Assembly: GCA_038279365.1 (NCBI GenBank)
Contig: JAYODI010000038.1
Location: forward strand, 1 to 48,500
Source: Candidatus Latescibacterota bacterium
GTDB lineage: Bacteria; Latescibacterota; UBA2968
DNA: 48,500 bases
Reading direction: 5' to 3'
The notes beneath the pieces were generated by a model, which saw only the letters and a list, made by a program, of their open reading frames with translations, had not been told where the DNA came from and made no database searches. This document shows, piece after piece, positions 19,690 to 29,876 of this stretch. Position numbers and translations under genes: made by a program. Each line of letters opens with the position of its first letter. Positions within the stretch are counted from its first letter, which is position 1.

Positions 19690-20913
19690 TTATTCAACGG
19701 GTATTCCCTTGGGAATAACAACAACGCCACCTTGAGTCATGGTAAAACGCTTTTGATCGGATGCAGTATCAACACCAATTTGGGTGTTTGCTGGAATGTG
19801 CACCCCTTCATCAACGATGGCTTTGTGCAGGCGCACATTTTTGCCAATATGTACGCCTTCCATCAATACCGATTCGGATACTTCTGAACCGGAACCAATA
19901 TGCACGCCGGGTGACAAAACGGAACGCTCGACCTGTGCATCTTCAACCACACAACCTTGAGCCACCACCACGCGTGAACGACCTTGCTGGCATATATGCA
20001 ACCGCGATGGAGGGTAAGTTGGGGTGTAGGTACGAATGGGCCAGGTTGGGTCATATAAGTTGAATTCGGGAGTTGCTGAAACAAGATCCATGTTGGCTTC
20101 CCAATATGCATCTAATAAACCAATATCACGCCAATAAACACTGTCATTGCGGTTGCCGTGTTTGAAGTTGTAGGCAAAAACACGCCCAGAATCGACCATG
20201 TCTGGGATAATGTTTTTGCCAAAATCATGGGCCGTATTGCGTTTGGCATCTTCAGACAAACGCCGAACGAGTGTGTTGGTGTTAAAGACATAAATGCCCA
20301 TCGAGGCCAGCGCGAGGTTTGGGTCATTCGGCGTGGGTTTGGGCTGTTTGGGTTTTTCTTCAAAACCAACAACTCTGTTTTCTTCATCAATGGCCATGAC
20401 CCCTAATTCGGTTGCTGTTTGAAGAGGTACTTCGATGCAGGCAACAGTTAAATCGGCTCCTTGATCGATGTGGAATTGGATCATGCGGCTATAATCCATT
20501 TTATAGACATGGTCCCCACCTAAGATAAGAATATGTTCAGGTCGTTCTCTTTCAAGTATGTCTACATTTTGGAAAATGGCATCAGCCGTGCCGCGATACC
20601 AACTGGTTGCCAATCTAAATTGGGGGGGGACTGTAAAAATGAACTCGTTTAATTCTGGGTTAAAAATAGACCAACCTCTTTGTAGGTGCCGATCTAAGGT
20701 GTTGGACATATATTGTGTGAGCACATAGAGACGGCGCAAACCAGAATTGAGGCAATTGGATAGGGTAAAATCGATGATACGATACATGCCTCCAAATGGC
20801 ACTGCGGGTTTTGCTTGGTTACGCGTTAGCGGGTGAAGGCGCTCGCCTTGCCCCCCTGCAAGAATCATGGTGAGGGTATTTTTGAGGATTTCAGACATAT
20901 TGTTGGTGGGCAT
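19690..20913 (-). CDS. glgC: Glucose-1-phosphate adenylyltransferase
   Basis: ILAGGQGERLHPLT..AKPAVPFGG, WYRGTADA, FEEKP, ASMGIY, DFGKNIIP, YWRDIG, C-terminal beta-helix. Start placed at MPTNN. Confidence 0.96.
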   Translation of the reverse strand: MPTNNMSEILKNTLTMILAGGQGERLHPLTRNQAKPAVPFGGMYRIIDFTLSNCLNSGLRRLYVLTQYMSNTLDRHLQRGWSIFNPELNEFIFTVPPQFRLATSWYRGTADAIFQNVDILERERPEHILILGGDHVYKMDYSRMIQFHIDQGADLTVACIEVPLQTATELGVMAIDEENRVVGFEEKPKQPKPTPNDPNLALASMGIYVFNTNTLVRRLSEDAKRNTAHDFGKNIIPDMVDSGRVFAYNFKHGNRNDSVYWRDIGLLDAYWEANMDLVSATPEFNLYDPTWPIRTYTPTYPPSRLHICQQGRSRVVVAQGCVVEDAQVERSVLSPGVHIGSGSEVSESVLMEGVHIGKNVRLHKAIVDEGVHIPANTQIGVDTASDQKRFTMTQGGVVVIPKGIPVE

Positions 20914-20914
20914 T

Positions 20915-21283
20915 TTAATTCCCCTCATTGCGTTTGGCCAAAACATCCTGGATGGCTTGTTTGAGTTCGGTGATATCTGATGATTTGACCACATAGGCAT
21001 CGGCAGACCACGTTAAATAGTTGTCTTTGTGGTTGCTGTAAGCAGTATTGAGAATAACGGGCAACTCATTGTTGATGCCCAGTATTTTGTTGAGTGCTTC
21101 TATGCCATCCATGCCAGGCATACGCACGTCGAGCACGAGTAAGTCGGGTGGGTCACTTTGCACTTGTGCAATGGCGGCTCGGGCATCGTGAACCACTTTG
21201 ACCTGATAGCCTGCATCGGTCAGTTCTTGCTCATAAAGCAATGCCAGGTTTGTATCATCATCGGCAATTAAAATTGTTTTCAT
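20915..21283 (-). CDS. Single-domain response regulator (receiver)
   Basis: ILIADDD, LDVRMPGMDG, TAY, VVKS; 122 aa; ATGA overlap with upstream kinase. Confidence 0.93.
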   Translation of the reverse strand: MKTILIADDDTNLALLYEQELTDAGYQVKVVHDARAAIAQVQSDPPDLLVLDVRMPGMDGIEALNKILGINNELPVILNTAYSNHKDNYLTWSADAYVVKSSDITELKQAIQDVLAKRNEGN

Positions 21284-24006
21284 GAACGTGCTCCTTCAGA
21301 TGGCGGGACCTGGGGAATGTGAATAAAAACGGACGTGCCTTGACCTTCTTGGCTTTGAACAAAAATATGGCCCCCGTGCCTTTCGACAATTTGTTCGCAG
21401 ATGGCCAACCCCAAACCTGTACCGGTGGTTTTGGTTGTAAAATAAGGCGTAAATAACTTTTCTTGTACATCGGGTGCCATGCCTTCACCCGTATCGCGAA
21501 TTTCAATTTCAATTTTTGGCTCTGAGTCAATCAGGCTTCTCACAAACACGGTTAAATGCCCCCCTTCGGGCATGGCTTGGTATGCATTTTTGAGCAAATT
21601 GATGAGCACTTGTTTAAACTGATCTGGATCTATGGATGTTTCGGGTAGATCTTTTTCGATCTGCAAATGATACGTAATTTGCCTTTCTTCAAAGCCTTCA
21701 CCAATCATTTTGTGGATATCTTCGATAAATTTTGGCAAAGATACCGTTTTGCGCGACAAGGGTCGTGGACGTGTATAGTTTAAAATGTCTGTGAGCAACA
21801 CTTCAAGGCGCGTGACCTCTTCTGCAATAATTTGTGCGGCAGATGCGGTGCGACTGGGGTCTGGGTTACGCAATAGGGAGCGTGCAAAACCACCAATTGT
21901 GGCCAATGGATTGCGAATTTCATGCGCGATTTGGGCTGACAATTCGCCGATAACAGCCAATCGCTCAGATTGGAGAAGTTCTTCTTGTGTGCGTTCTAAC
22001 TGATTGATTTTACCTTGAAGTTCTTGATACAATCGCGCATTTTCAAGGGCCAAAGCCGCATGGCCAGCAAATGCACGCAAGAGATCGACGCTGTCTTCTG
22101 TAATGGCGGAACCACTATAAAGATTATCTGCCACAATCACACCAATGGTTTGGTTGCGTGCAACCAGTGGGGTGACAACAAAGTGTTTGGAGCCCAATGC
22201 GGCCCATAACGCAGGGCTAATGGTCAGTGCATCTTCTTCGGTAACCGTAAAGGTTTGTTGTTTTCTCACCGCTTTTGCCAAAATGTCTTCTGTGTCAGAT
22301 AGCGAAATTTGAATTTGTAATGCCGCTTGAGACAGTCGGGTATTGATGGGAGAATTTTGCTGGTCATACTGGGCCAAGATGTCATCCACGCTGGGATTTT
22401 TGCGTGCAAGCTCTGTCCAAATGCGATAGGCCTCTTCAGAATTTGCAGGGCCAACGCCCATTTTCCCTTCAAGCATGTTGATTTCTGTATTGACTTGAAA
22501 TAAAATAGCGCGGTTAAAGCCCAGTCCAGTACCGGCAGTGACACAAGTGAGTATGGTATATAAGAGTCGGTTGGTATCTAAAATACCTTGCATGGTTTGA
22601 CTGATTTGGCGCAAAAGCGATGATTCATAAGCTTTTTCGAGGCTTTCCGTAATATCTTCAATGACAACCAAGGCCAGTGGGGCATCATGCAAGGTTTCTA
22701 GTCGTGTGATCAATATTTCCACTACGCGATTGCGGTATGTGCCTGTTGGCAGTTTTATTCCTGTAAGATGGCGTGCTTTGCCCGATTCAAAAACTTGTGC
22801 CAACATGTGTCGTCCTTCTTCTGATACCAAATAAGAGGTTGGACGGCTCATTTGAAGCGGTTTGGCAATGACTTCCTGTGCTTGCAACCCATGGTAGGTG
22901 ATGTATTCGCTGTTGGCGAAGACCACTTTGAGGTTGGAATCAAGTAACAAAAGCGGCAGCGGAATGGTTTGTAAGACTTGTTCGCTAAATTCTTTGAGCT
23001 CCCGTGTTTCTTGGTAAAGATTTGCATTGTGAATAACCCAGGCCAGTTGATTGGCCAATACTTTTAGCGATTGTGCATCGGTTTGGTCAAAGCCAGATGC
23101 ATCTTGACTGAGCACATCAAGGGCTCCCAATACGCGATTGCCTATGCGAATGGGAACACAAAGCTCTGCTTTTGTGTTTTCTTCTTCTGGAAATGCTATG
23201 ATGCGTCGTGGCTCGTTTGGGGCATCATTGGTTAAAAATGGTATGCCTGATTCAACGACGGTGCCGACAATGCCATGGCCAATTTTTTGGCGATAGCCCA
23301 CAGGAAATTGCTCTTCAAATACACCGGCGCGAACACGCATAACCACATAATGGGTATCGGGCTCAACGGTATATAGGGAGACATGTTGATAACCAAAGCT
23401 TTGTTGGACTTCACGAACCACATGCTTGAATATTTCACTGGGTTCTAATGTAGAAAGTGCCATTTGGGCCACATGGTTAATGGTGGCAAAGTGTGCCGAT
23501 CGTCGCTTTTCTGCATCGAGTAATTGTGCAATTTCGGTGTTGTGTTTGCGCAAATAACTTTGTTCGCGTTTGGCCAGATTGCGGTAACGTTTTTCGTTGT
23601 AATATTCTGATACGCGCAATAAAATTTCATCTAAAATATTTTCACTGGCCCGGTGTTGTTCTAATGAGATGCCTTGGGTATACTGCTGGAGTAAAATGGT
23701 TCTCAGCCCAAGCATGAGTCTACCGGCTGCGTCGGGTGTAAATGTGTTGTTGTCATCTGATAGAATTTGTAAACGCAGGTGCTGATAATCGCTTGGGTGT
23801 GCCAATTGCTCTATGATGCTATCCAAGAAGTCTGAAAGATGATGTTTGTCTTTTGGGTTTTCATTGAGGTCTTCACGCAATGTAATGGTTTTCTGGTCGT
23901 GAATATATTGTATCCACGTATCCATAATTTGCGTACGCTTTTGGATGCAAATATCATAGAGCATTTGCCAAGTTGCAGATATGGTGGTTTGAGAGGTTGG
24001 TGGCAT
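21280..24006 (-). CDS. Soluble sensor histidine kinase (N-terminal helical domain, GAF-PAS-GAF-HisKA-HATPase)
   Basis: AHEIRNPL H-box, NLLKNA, DTGEG, PYFTTK, GTGLGL; two GAF-like segments (ELCVPI..GALDV; VTPLVA..GVIVAD); no clear TM helix. Confidence 0.92.
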   Translation of the reverse strand: MPPTSQTTISATWQMLYDICIQKRTQIMDTWIQYIHDQKTITLREDLNENPKDKHHLSDFLDSIIEQLAHPSDYQHLRLQILSDDNNTFTPDAAGRLMLGLRTILLQQYTQGISLEQHRASENILDEILLRVSEYYNEKRYRNLAKREQSYLRKHNTEIAQLLDAEKRRSAHFATINHVAQMALSTLEPSEIFKHVVREVQQSFGYQHVSLYTVEPDTHYVVMRVRAGVFEEQFPVGYRQKIGHGIVGTVVESGIPFLTNDAPNEPRRIIAFPEEENTKAELCVPIRIGNRVLGALDVLSQDASGFDQTDAQSLKVLANQLAWVIHNANLYQETRELKEFSEQVLQTIPLPLLLLDSNLKVVFANSEYITYHGLQAQEVIAKPLQMSRPTSYLVSEEGRHMLAQVFESGKARHLTGIKLPTGTYRNRVVEILITRLETLHDAPLALVVIEDITESLEKAYESSLLRQISQTMQGILDTNRLLYTILTCVTAGTGLGFNRAILFQVNTEINMLEGKMGVGPANSEEAYRIWTELARKNPSVDDILAQYDQQNSPINTRLSQAALQIQISLSDTEDILAKAVRKQQTFTVTEEDALTISPALWAALGSKHFVVTPLVARNQTIGVIVADNLYSGSAITEDSVDLLRAFAGHAALALENARLYQELQGKINQLERTQEELLQSERLAVIGELSAQIAHEIRNPLATIGGFARSLLRNPDPSRTASAAQIIAEEVTRLEVLLTDILNYTRPRPLSRKTVSLPKFIEDIHKMIGEGFEERQITYHLQIEKDLPETSIDPDQFKQVLINLLKNAYQAMPEGGHLTVFVRSLIDSEPKIEIEIRDTGEGMAPDVQEKLFTPYFTTKTTGTGLGLAICEQIVERHGGHIFVQSQEGQGTSVFIHIPQVPPSEGARS

Positions 24007-24057
24007 GTTGGTTGGTGTTGGGTCAAAATGAGAAAACTTGCAAGCAGAAGTAAGTTA

Positions 24058-24087
24058 ATTATATCACGCAAATCTGGTTGCTGTCAA
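24058..24087 (-). promoter_or_regulatory. Candidate sigma70 promoter for kinase-receiver-glgC unit
   Basis: Minus strand TTGACA-N18-TATAAT with TGn extension. Confidence 0.6.
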
Positions 24088-24219
24088 GGCAATTGCACTT
24101 GCGCTTTTGGGAAGAATCATAGAAAATTAAAGATTACTGGGTTTGTGTAATATGCTTTATGTTGTATTTATGAATCCGAAACTGTTATGGGCTGACAATG
24201 CCCAATTTAAGGTCAAGAC

Positions 24220-25314
24220 ATGTCTATTCTACCAGATTATAGTGTTTCCATTCTTGAAAGTTTGGGTGAGGGGATTTTGGCATTGGGGCAAGATCGCAAA
24301 GTGGTTATGTCCAATCCATACTTTCTTCGGTTATTTTTTAAGGACAAAGATGAGGTGATTGGTTGTTTGCCAGAGACCTTGTTTGAGGATCGCCTCGATA
24401 TTCTTCGTATTATTCAGGCGGGTTTTGATCAGGGTAGATTGGTGACAGATGTGGGCTTGGTCTATCATATGCCAGATGGAGGGTTGCAGCATTTAAGAGT
24501 CAATACGTCTTTTTTATATGGTCAAACACATACCGGTCTGGTTTTGGCTGTGCGTGATGTGTCTGAGGTAAAGCGCAGTGAATGGGAAATGGGGCAAATT
24601 GAGAAAATGACGGCTTTGGGTCGGTTGGCTGCATCTGTTGCTCATGAAGTGCGCAACCCCTTGGGGGCGATTGATATTCAGCTTCAACTTTTGGGAGAAG
24701 ATCTTGACGATGTGCCGAATGATTTGCGTTTGAAGTTGATGAAACGATTGACCATTGCCCAAACCGAGATGAAACGCATGGATCGCATTGTGCACAACTT
24801 TTTGCGCTTTTCTCGCACCCCACAACTCCATTTGGGCAATTTGATATTAAATGATGTGGTTGACCATGTATTTGAGTTGGTTTTGCCTGAAGCGCGTGAG
24901 CGTAATATTGAATTAGTTTTAGAATTGGCAGGTGATGTACCTGCCATTGACGGTGACGAAGATCAATTGGCTCAAGCGGTGCTCAATATGACGGTGAATG
25001 CCTTTCAATCTATGCCGACCGGTGGAAAGCTGATTGCCCGCACTTGGGTAGATTTAGAGGCCAACCAAGTTTGTTTGTCATTGTCAGATACTGGGTGTGG
25101 CATTTCGGAAACCGAAATCGGTCGGATTTTTGAATTTTATTATACGACCAAAGACGAAGGAACCGGGCTGGGCTTATCTATTGTTCAAAGAATTATCTAT
25201 CAACACGGCGGGCATTTGGATGTAAACAGTCGGGTGGGGGATGGCACGACCTTTTGTATTTATCTGCCGGTGTCTGGTCATCGGCAAAATATTGACAATA
25301 GAGGTGGGCATTAA
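24220..25314 (+). CDS. PAS-domain sensor histidine kinase (NtrB/AtoS-like)
   Basis: N-terminal PAS; AHEVRNPL; NAFQ; DTGCG; YTTK..GTGLGL; TAATG overlap with downstream regulator. Confidence 0.92.
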   Translation: MSILPDYSVSILESLGEGILALGQDRKVVMSNPYFLRLFFKDKDEVIGCLPETLFEDRLDILRIIQAGFDQGRLVTDVGLVYHMPDGGLQHLRVNTSFLYGQTHTGLVLAVRDVSEVKRSEWEMGQIEKMTALGRLAASVAHEVRNPLGAIDIQLQLLGEDLDDVPNDLRLKLMKRLTIAQTEMKRMDRIVHNFLRFSRTPQLHLGNLILNDVVDHVFELVLPEARERNIELVLELAGDVPAIDGDEDQLAQAVLNMTVNAFQSMPTGGKLIARTWVDLEANQVCLSLSDTGCGISETEIGRIFEFYYTTKDEGTGLGLSIVQRIIYQHGGHLDVNSRVGDGTTFCIYLPVSGHRQNIDNRGGH

Positions 25315-26675
25315 TGGAAACTGGCAAGATCCGTATTTTGGTTGCTGATGATGAATACTATATTTGTGAGGGTTTAAAAGAAGCTTTGGCCAAAGATGGA
25401 TATCGTGTGGATGTTGCACACGATGGGCTTGAAGCCGAATCTTGTTTGAAGAACAATATCTACCATGCCACTATTTTTGATCTCAAAATGCCTGGGCGAG
25501 ATGGGTTGTATTTGTTGCAATTGGTGCGTGAAACGAGCCCAGATACAGGTGTGATTATGATTACGGCTTTTGGTGATGTCGAAACGGCTGTTGATGCGAT
25601 GCGGCAGGGAGCATATGATTATTTGACAAAGCCCGTTGATTTGAAACGTTTGCGGCTTTCTTTGCAACATCTTTTAGATCGGCAAGCCTTGATTGCTGAA
25701 AACAAAGAATTGCGTGCCCGTTTAGATTCGACCAAAACTTTTGGTGAAATTATTCATAGAAGTGCTGTTATGGCACAAGTGTGTGATGTAATTGATCAAG
25801 CCGCAATGACGGATGTGCCTGTTTTGATTACGGGTGAAACGGGCACAGGTAAAGAGTTGGCCACGCGTGCTATTCATCAGCGCAGTTCAAGGCATAAAGC
25901 GCCGCTTATCGCCATGAATTGTGGGGCATTTTCTGAATCTTTGTTTGAAACCGAATTATTTGGTTATGTCAAAGGCGCGTTTACGGGGGCAGATACGAAC
26001 AAAAAAGGCCACTTTGCCGCTGCGGAAGGAGGGACGTTGTTCTTTGATGAAGTGGGTGAAATACCCTTATCGAACCAAGTTGATTTGCTTCGTGTCTTAG
26101 AGGAGAAGGCTTATCGTCCTGTAGGAAGCACGCAGAGTGTCAAGATGAATGTGCGCACTATTTTTGCGACCAATCGCAATTTGGAACAGGAAGTTGCCGA
26201 AGGTCGTTTTCGCGAGGATCTGTACTATCGGTTGAATGTGGTTCCTGTGCGTTTGCCTCCCTTACGGGAGCGCCATGAAGATATTCCCTTATTGGTAGAA
26301 ACATTTTTGGATCAACTTTGTGCTTTACACCATAAGTCTCGAAAACGATTAGAAGCAGATGCGATGCAACAGATATTGATATATGAGTGGCCGGGTAATG
26401 TAAGGGAATTGAAGAACACAATTGAAAGATTGGTTGTCACCTGTCCTGATATAGAGATAAAATTGGCCCAATTGCCAAGTCGGGTGCGTAATACAACAGC
26501 AGAACCCAAATCAATTGCATTAAAAGCAGGTATGGCATTAGAAGATGCAGAACGCATACTCATTGCAGATACTTTACAGAATATTACTTCAAACCGCAAG
26601 GAAGCCGCAGAAATCTTGGGCATTAGCTTGCGTGCTTTGCAATACAAGATTAAAAGGTATGATTTACATTCTTAA
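25314..26675 (+). CDS. Sigma54-dependent response regulator (NtrC/AtoC family)
   Basis: Receiver (ADDE, DLKMP), [31 protein letters not shown], Fis-type HTH. Confidence 0.96.
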   Translation: METGKIRILVADDEYYICEGLKEALAKDGYRVDVAHDGLEAESCLKNNIYHATIFDLKMPGRDGLYLLQLVRETSPDTGVIMITAFGDVETAVDAMRQGAYDYLTKPVDLKRLRLSLQHLLDRQALIAENKELRARLDSTKTFGEIIHRSAVMAQVCDVIDQAAMTDVPVLITGETGTGKELATRAIHQRSSRHKAPLIAMNCGAFSESLFETELFGYVKGAFTGADTNKKGHFAAAEGGTLFFDEVGEIPLSNQVDLLRVLEEKAYRPVGSTQSVKMNVRTIFATNRNLEQEVAEGRFREDLYYRLNVVPVRLPPLRERHEDIPLLVETFLDQLCALHHKSRKRLEADAMQQILIYEWPGNVRELKNTIERLVVTCPDIEIKLAQLPSRVRNTTAEPKSIALKAGMALEDAERILIADTLQNITSNRKEAAEILGISLRALQYKIKRYDLHS

Positions 26676-26722
26676 AAAGATATTATGGTGGGCAGTGTGA
26701 TACCGTCATAAACGGGAAATGT

Positions 26723-26769
26723 ATGCAGATTTTGCACCTGGCACATAAAGTGACATGCAAATTTTGCAC
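26723..26769. promoter_or_regulatory. Tandem palindromic enhancer-like sites ATGCA(G/A)ATTTTGCAC
   Basis: Copies at 26723-26737 and 26755-26769, 14/15 identical, 32 bp apart, each TGCA-N5-TGCA. Confidence 0.65.
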
Positions 26770-26855
26770 GTAAAGTAGATTGAGAGCCTGCTCTTTTTAA
26801 AAGAGTGAGGCTGTTTTTATATGTATAACAATATGTTACGATCATGTTACAATCG

Positions 26856-26871
26856 TGGCATTCATGTTGCT
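26856..26871 (+). promoter_or_regulatory. Sigma54 -24/-12 promoter
   Basis: TGGCATTCATGTTGCT fits GG-N10-GC with TGGCA and TTGC cores; about 90-130 bp downstream of the tandem sites. Confidence 0.7.
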
Positions 26872-27050
26872 CTTTCATGATGCTGTCGTAATATTTAAGC
26901 TGTTGGAAGCATACTCAAAAATACGATTTATTTTGTAACACATTGTTTTATAATGATTTTTGTTTTTTGGAATGGTTTTGTTTGAGTATGACAACCTTTA
27001 GAATATGCAATTTATGCATCTGGATGCTTTAAACAGTTCGGGGGGCTGTT

Positions 27051-27587
27051 GTGACACAAGGATTGGCCTACGCACAGGATCAAGATTCGGGTACGTTGTT
27101 CCGAATTGATGCCTCGTTAATGATTCCCCAATTGCGTTCACAAGATCGAATGGGGGCGATAAAAGAGCTTGTTGATCGACTGTATCAGTCTGGGCATGTC
27201 ACTGATAGTTTGCGTTTTTTGCAGGCAGTATTGGATCGCGAAGATTTAGAAAGTACGGTATTGGGTAAAGGCGTTGCATTGCCTCATGCGCGTTGTCGGT
27301 CTGTTGGACAGCCGAGTTTGGCTTTGGGTATCTCGCAAGGTGGCATTCCTTTTCATGCCGCTGCGCATCCTAAGCCTGTTCATGTGGTATGTATGTTGGC
27401 CATGCCAGAAGCTGTGCCTATGGTTTATTTGCCCTTCTTAGGTCAGTTGGCTGAAGTATTCCAAGCTCCTGAATTTCGAAAAGATTTATTGGCTTGTCAG
27501 ACATCTGAAGAGATGAAACATTTTTTTGTACGCAGTTTGTCACGTGTTTGTGATGCGAGGTTTATACCTTCGCCTTTTTATGCCTAA
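27051..27587 (+). CDS. PTS IIA domain protein (PtsN/fructose-type)
   Basis: LDREDLESTVLGKGVALPHAR with phospho-acceptor His. Confidence 0.88.
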   Translation: MTQGLAYAQDQDSGTLFRIDASLMIPQLRSQDRMGAIKELVDRLYQSGHVTDSLRFLQAVLDREDLESTVLGKGVALPHARCRSVGQPSLALGISQGGIPFHAAAHPKPVHVVCMLAMPEAVPMVYLPFLGQLAEVFQAPEFRKDLLACQTSEEMKHFFVRSLSRVCDARFIPSPFYA

Positions 27588-27625
27588 AAAGTTGATTCAT
27601 TAACCCCTTCTACCTGGAGGTTTCT

Positions 27626-28477
27626 TTGGCTGGTATCATGATTCAAGACAGTGAGTCGCTGGATCTCTACTTGAGAGATATTGCTTCATCTGAACCGTTG
27701 TCAGGCGCAGAAGAGATTGAATTGGCGAAAAAAATTCGCAAGGGTTGTCAGAGATCCAGAGATAAGTTGGTAGCGGCCAATTTGCGTTTTGTGGTGAGTG
27801 TGGCCCGCGAATATCAAAATCATGGTGTGCCTTTGGCCGATTTGATTAGTGCTGGTAATATGGGCTTGATGACAGCGGCAGAGCGATTTGATGGTACACG
27901 TGGTTTTAAGTTTATCTCGTATGCTGTGTGGTGGATTCGCCAGGCAATTCATCAAAGCTTGGCACAGGACTCGCGTGTTGTACGTTTGCCAATCAACCGC
28001 ATTGACTTGCTCCACAACATTTCCAAGGTTTCGCGCGAATTGCGCCAATCAAATGAAAAAGAGCCAGAGCCAGAAGTGATTGCCAAAGAGCTTGGAGTTT
28101 CTGTTGAAATGGTCCAAGATACGCTGATGCGTGCACGAGATGTATGGTCTTTGGATGCGTCTTTCCGAGAAGATGATGACCATAGCTTGTTGCATATTTT
28201 GCCAGATGGCACTCAAAAAGCCCCAGATGAAGAGGTTGTTGAAGATTCTGTAAGAGTACAGGTAGAAGACATTTTGGAGTCTTTAGATGACCGAGAAGCA
28301 GAAGTTTTGCGTTTGTATTTTGGTTTGGGTGATGAAGAGCCTTTGACTTTGGAAGAGATTGGCGTACGATTTAATTTGACGCGTGAACGGGTGCGCCAGA
28401 TTAAGGAAAAAGCTTTGCGTCGGTTACGCCATCCACGCCGCAGAGCTGCACTTGAGCCATTGATGGAAGCCAATTAA
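27626..28477 (+). CDS. Short RpoD/SigA-family sigma70 factor (no region 1.1)
   Basis: LDLYLRDI, ANLRFVVSVA, GFKFISYAVWWIRQAI, TLEEIG..TRERVRQIKEKALRRL; GGAGG before TTG start. Confidence 0.95.
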   Translation: MAGIMIQDSESLDLYLRDIASSEPLSGAEEIELAKKIRKGCQRSRDKLVAANLRFVVSVAREYQNHGVPLADLISAGNMGLMTAAERFDGTRGFKFISYAVWWIRQAIHQSLAQDSRVVRLPINRIDLLHNISKVSRELRQSNEKEPEPEVIAKELGVSVEMVQDTLMRARDVWSLDASFREDDDHSLLHILPDGTQKAPDEEVVEDSVRVQVEDILESLDDREAEVLRLYFGLGDEEPLTLEEIGVRFNLTRERVRQIKEKALRRLRHPRRRAALEPLMEAN

Positions 28478-28493
28478 GGTGATTTTTTGACCC

Positions 28494-28521
28494 AAAGGGC
28501 ACTTTCGAGTGCCCTTTTTTT
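28494..28521 (+). terminator. Intrinsic terminator
   Basis: AAAGGGCACT-TTCG-AGTGCCCTTT plus T-run. Confidence 0.88.
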
Positions 28522-28628
28522 ATGCCTATAATGTAAAAAGAGCGTATATTTGATAGACTGTTGATCGTGGTCTTTTTTTTAATGTATTGAAAAAAGGTCA
28601 CTTACGGTCACCTTTGGTGTTTGCTTGC

Positions 28629-28657
28629 TTGACAAAACACTTAGACCTGTCCATATT
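28629..28657 (+). promoter_or_regulatory. Candidate sigma70 promoter for HU gene
   Basis: TTGACA-N17-CATATT. Confidence 0.6.
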
Positions 28658-28679
28658 GTAACTGAAAGGGGGTGAGATA

Positions 28680-28955
28680 ATGCCCAATAAAGCAGAATTA
28701 ATTGCGGCTGTTGCAGAAAAAGCTGATATTTCAGTCAAAGATGCGGGTGCTGCATTTGATGCTTTAATGAGTGAAATTACAAATGCGTTGAAAACTGGCG
28801 AGCGTGTCGCCATTGCTGGCTTTGGTACATTTTCGGTTGGTGCGCGTGCTGCCCGTCAAGGACGAAACCCACAAACCGGTGCAACCATTCAAATCGCAGC
28901 AAGTAAAACCGCTCGATTTAAAGCAGGGAAAGCACTCAAAGACGCTATCCAATAG
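28680..28955 (+). CDS. hup: DNA-binding protein HU
   Basis: NKAELI, GFGTF, RQGRNPQTG, FKAGKALKD; 91 aa. Confidence 0.97.
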   Translation: MPNKAELIAAVAEKADISVKDAGAAFDALMSEITNALKTGERVAIAGFGTFSVGARAARQGRNPQTGATIQIAASKTARFKAGKALKDAIQ

Positions 28956-28980
28956 ATATTTGTAATATTTCTTAAAAATT

Positions 28981-29013
28981 AAAAGCCCTGAATGATTATT
29001 CAGGGCTTTTTTT
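28981..29013 (+). terminator. Intrinsic terminator
   Basis: AAAAGCCCTGAAT-gatt-ATTCAGGGCTTTT plus Ts. Confidence 0.88.
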
Positions 29014-29014
29014 C

Positions 29015-29043
29015 TTGACAGGTGCTATTTAGAAAAATATACT
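29015..29043 (+). promoter_or_regulatory. Candidate sigma70 promoter
   Basis: TTGACA-N17-TATACT. Confidence 0.7.
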
Positions 29044-29120
29044 GTGTAGACGATTGCTTTGTTATGATCATCCTGTGGGTATGATCTTAAATGCTTTATA
29101 GATTGAGGGAGTTAGAAAGT

Positions 29121-29636
29121 ATGGCGCGTTTACGTCAAGTGGGTTTGTTGGCCGTATTGTTGTTCTTAGGGCAGGGGTGTGGTGATCGGTTGGCCGAAAT
29201 GCAAACAAAATTATCAGGTACTTGGGTTTTGCAGTCACGGCAATTGGCAGATGGCAGTGTTTTACGCCCACCTCATATTCAAGGCGCCATGTCTTGGGTC
29301 CCTGTTAGTTCACGTAAGGCACATGTGACATTAAATATGCTTGAAGATGCAAAAGAAAAATCACTTCGAAGATTTAATTACGCGGCCAGTACCTATGAGA
29401 TATCTACATCTGCGATTACGCAAGCGCGATACATACTCATTCGTCAAGGATATCGTTCTTCGGCCCATTCACCTATTTCTGTTTATCCCAAAGCAAAAAA
29501 AGAAAAAGGCAAAATTACAGTGGCCAATGGCGGCATTGAGATATCGCATGATACCCAAGCCTGGGTTTTTCATGGGGATACGATGACTGCTGCTTATAAA
29601 AATGCTTGGACAGACACTTGGGCACGTGTACAATAG
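29121..29636 (+). CDS. Putative lipoprotein, lipocalin-like beta fold
   Basis: Basic N-terminus, hydrophobic core and imperfect lipobox (LGQG|C); LSGTWVLQS resembles the lipocalin GxW motif. Confidence 0.6.
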   Translation: MARLRQVGLLAVLLFLGQGCGDRLAEMQTKLSGTWVLQSRQLADGSVLRPPHIQGAMSWVPVSSRKAHVTLNMLEDAKEKSLRRFNYAASTYEISTSAITQARYILIRQGYRSSAHSPISVYPKAKKEKGKITVANGGIEISHDTQAWVFHGDTMTAAYKNAWTDTWARVQ

Positions 29637-29651
29637 CTCAATTGGTTTTAT

Positions 29652-29699
29652 CCCATAAAGAAAAGGCTTGGAAGTCATTCCAAGCCTTTTCTTTATGGG
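29652..29699. terminator. Perfect 22-bp inverted repeat, terminator-like
   Basis: CCCATAAAGAAAAGGCTTGGAA-gtca-TTCCAAGCCTTTTCTTTATGGG. Confidence 0.8.
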
Positions 29700-29876
29700 C
29701 ACGTTCATTCATATTTAACCTATCTGAAACATTTTGGAAACATGAGGTAAATACTTTTAACGATTGCGTAAATTTTTGATAGATGTGATGAAAAGTATTT
29801 TTCTCCTGCTGTAGGAACTTGTATCTTATGGGGGAGAAGAGTGCTTTTATAGCTTACCCCCAATAGAGGTCTTGTT

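Noticed and set aside
26738..26755. TGGCACATAAAGTGAC as a sigma54 promoter
   Set aside because: No GC at the -12 position; the 26856 site fits the consensus.
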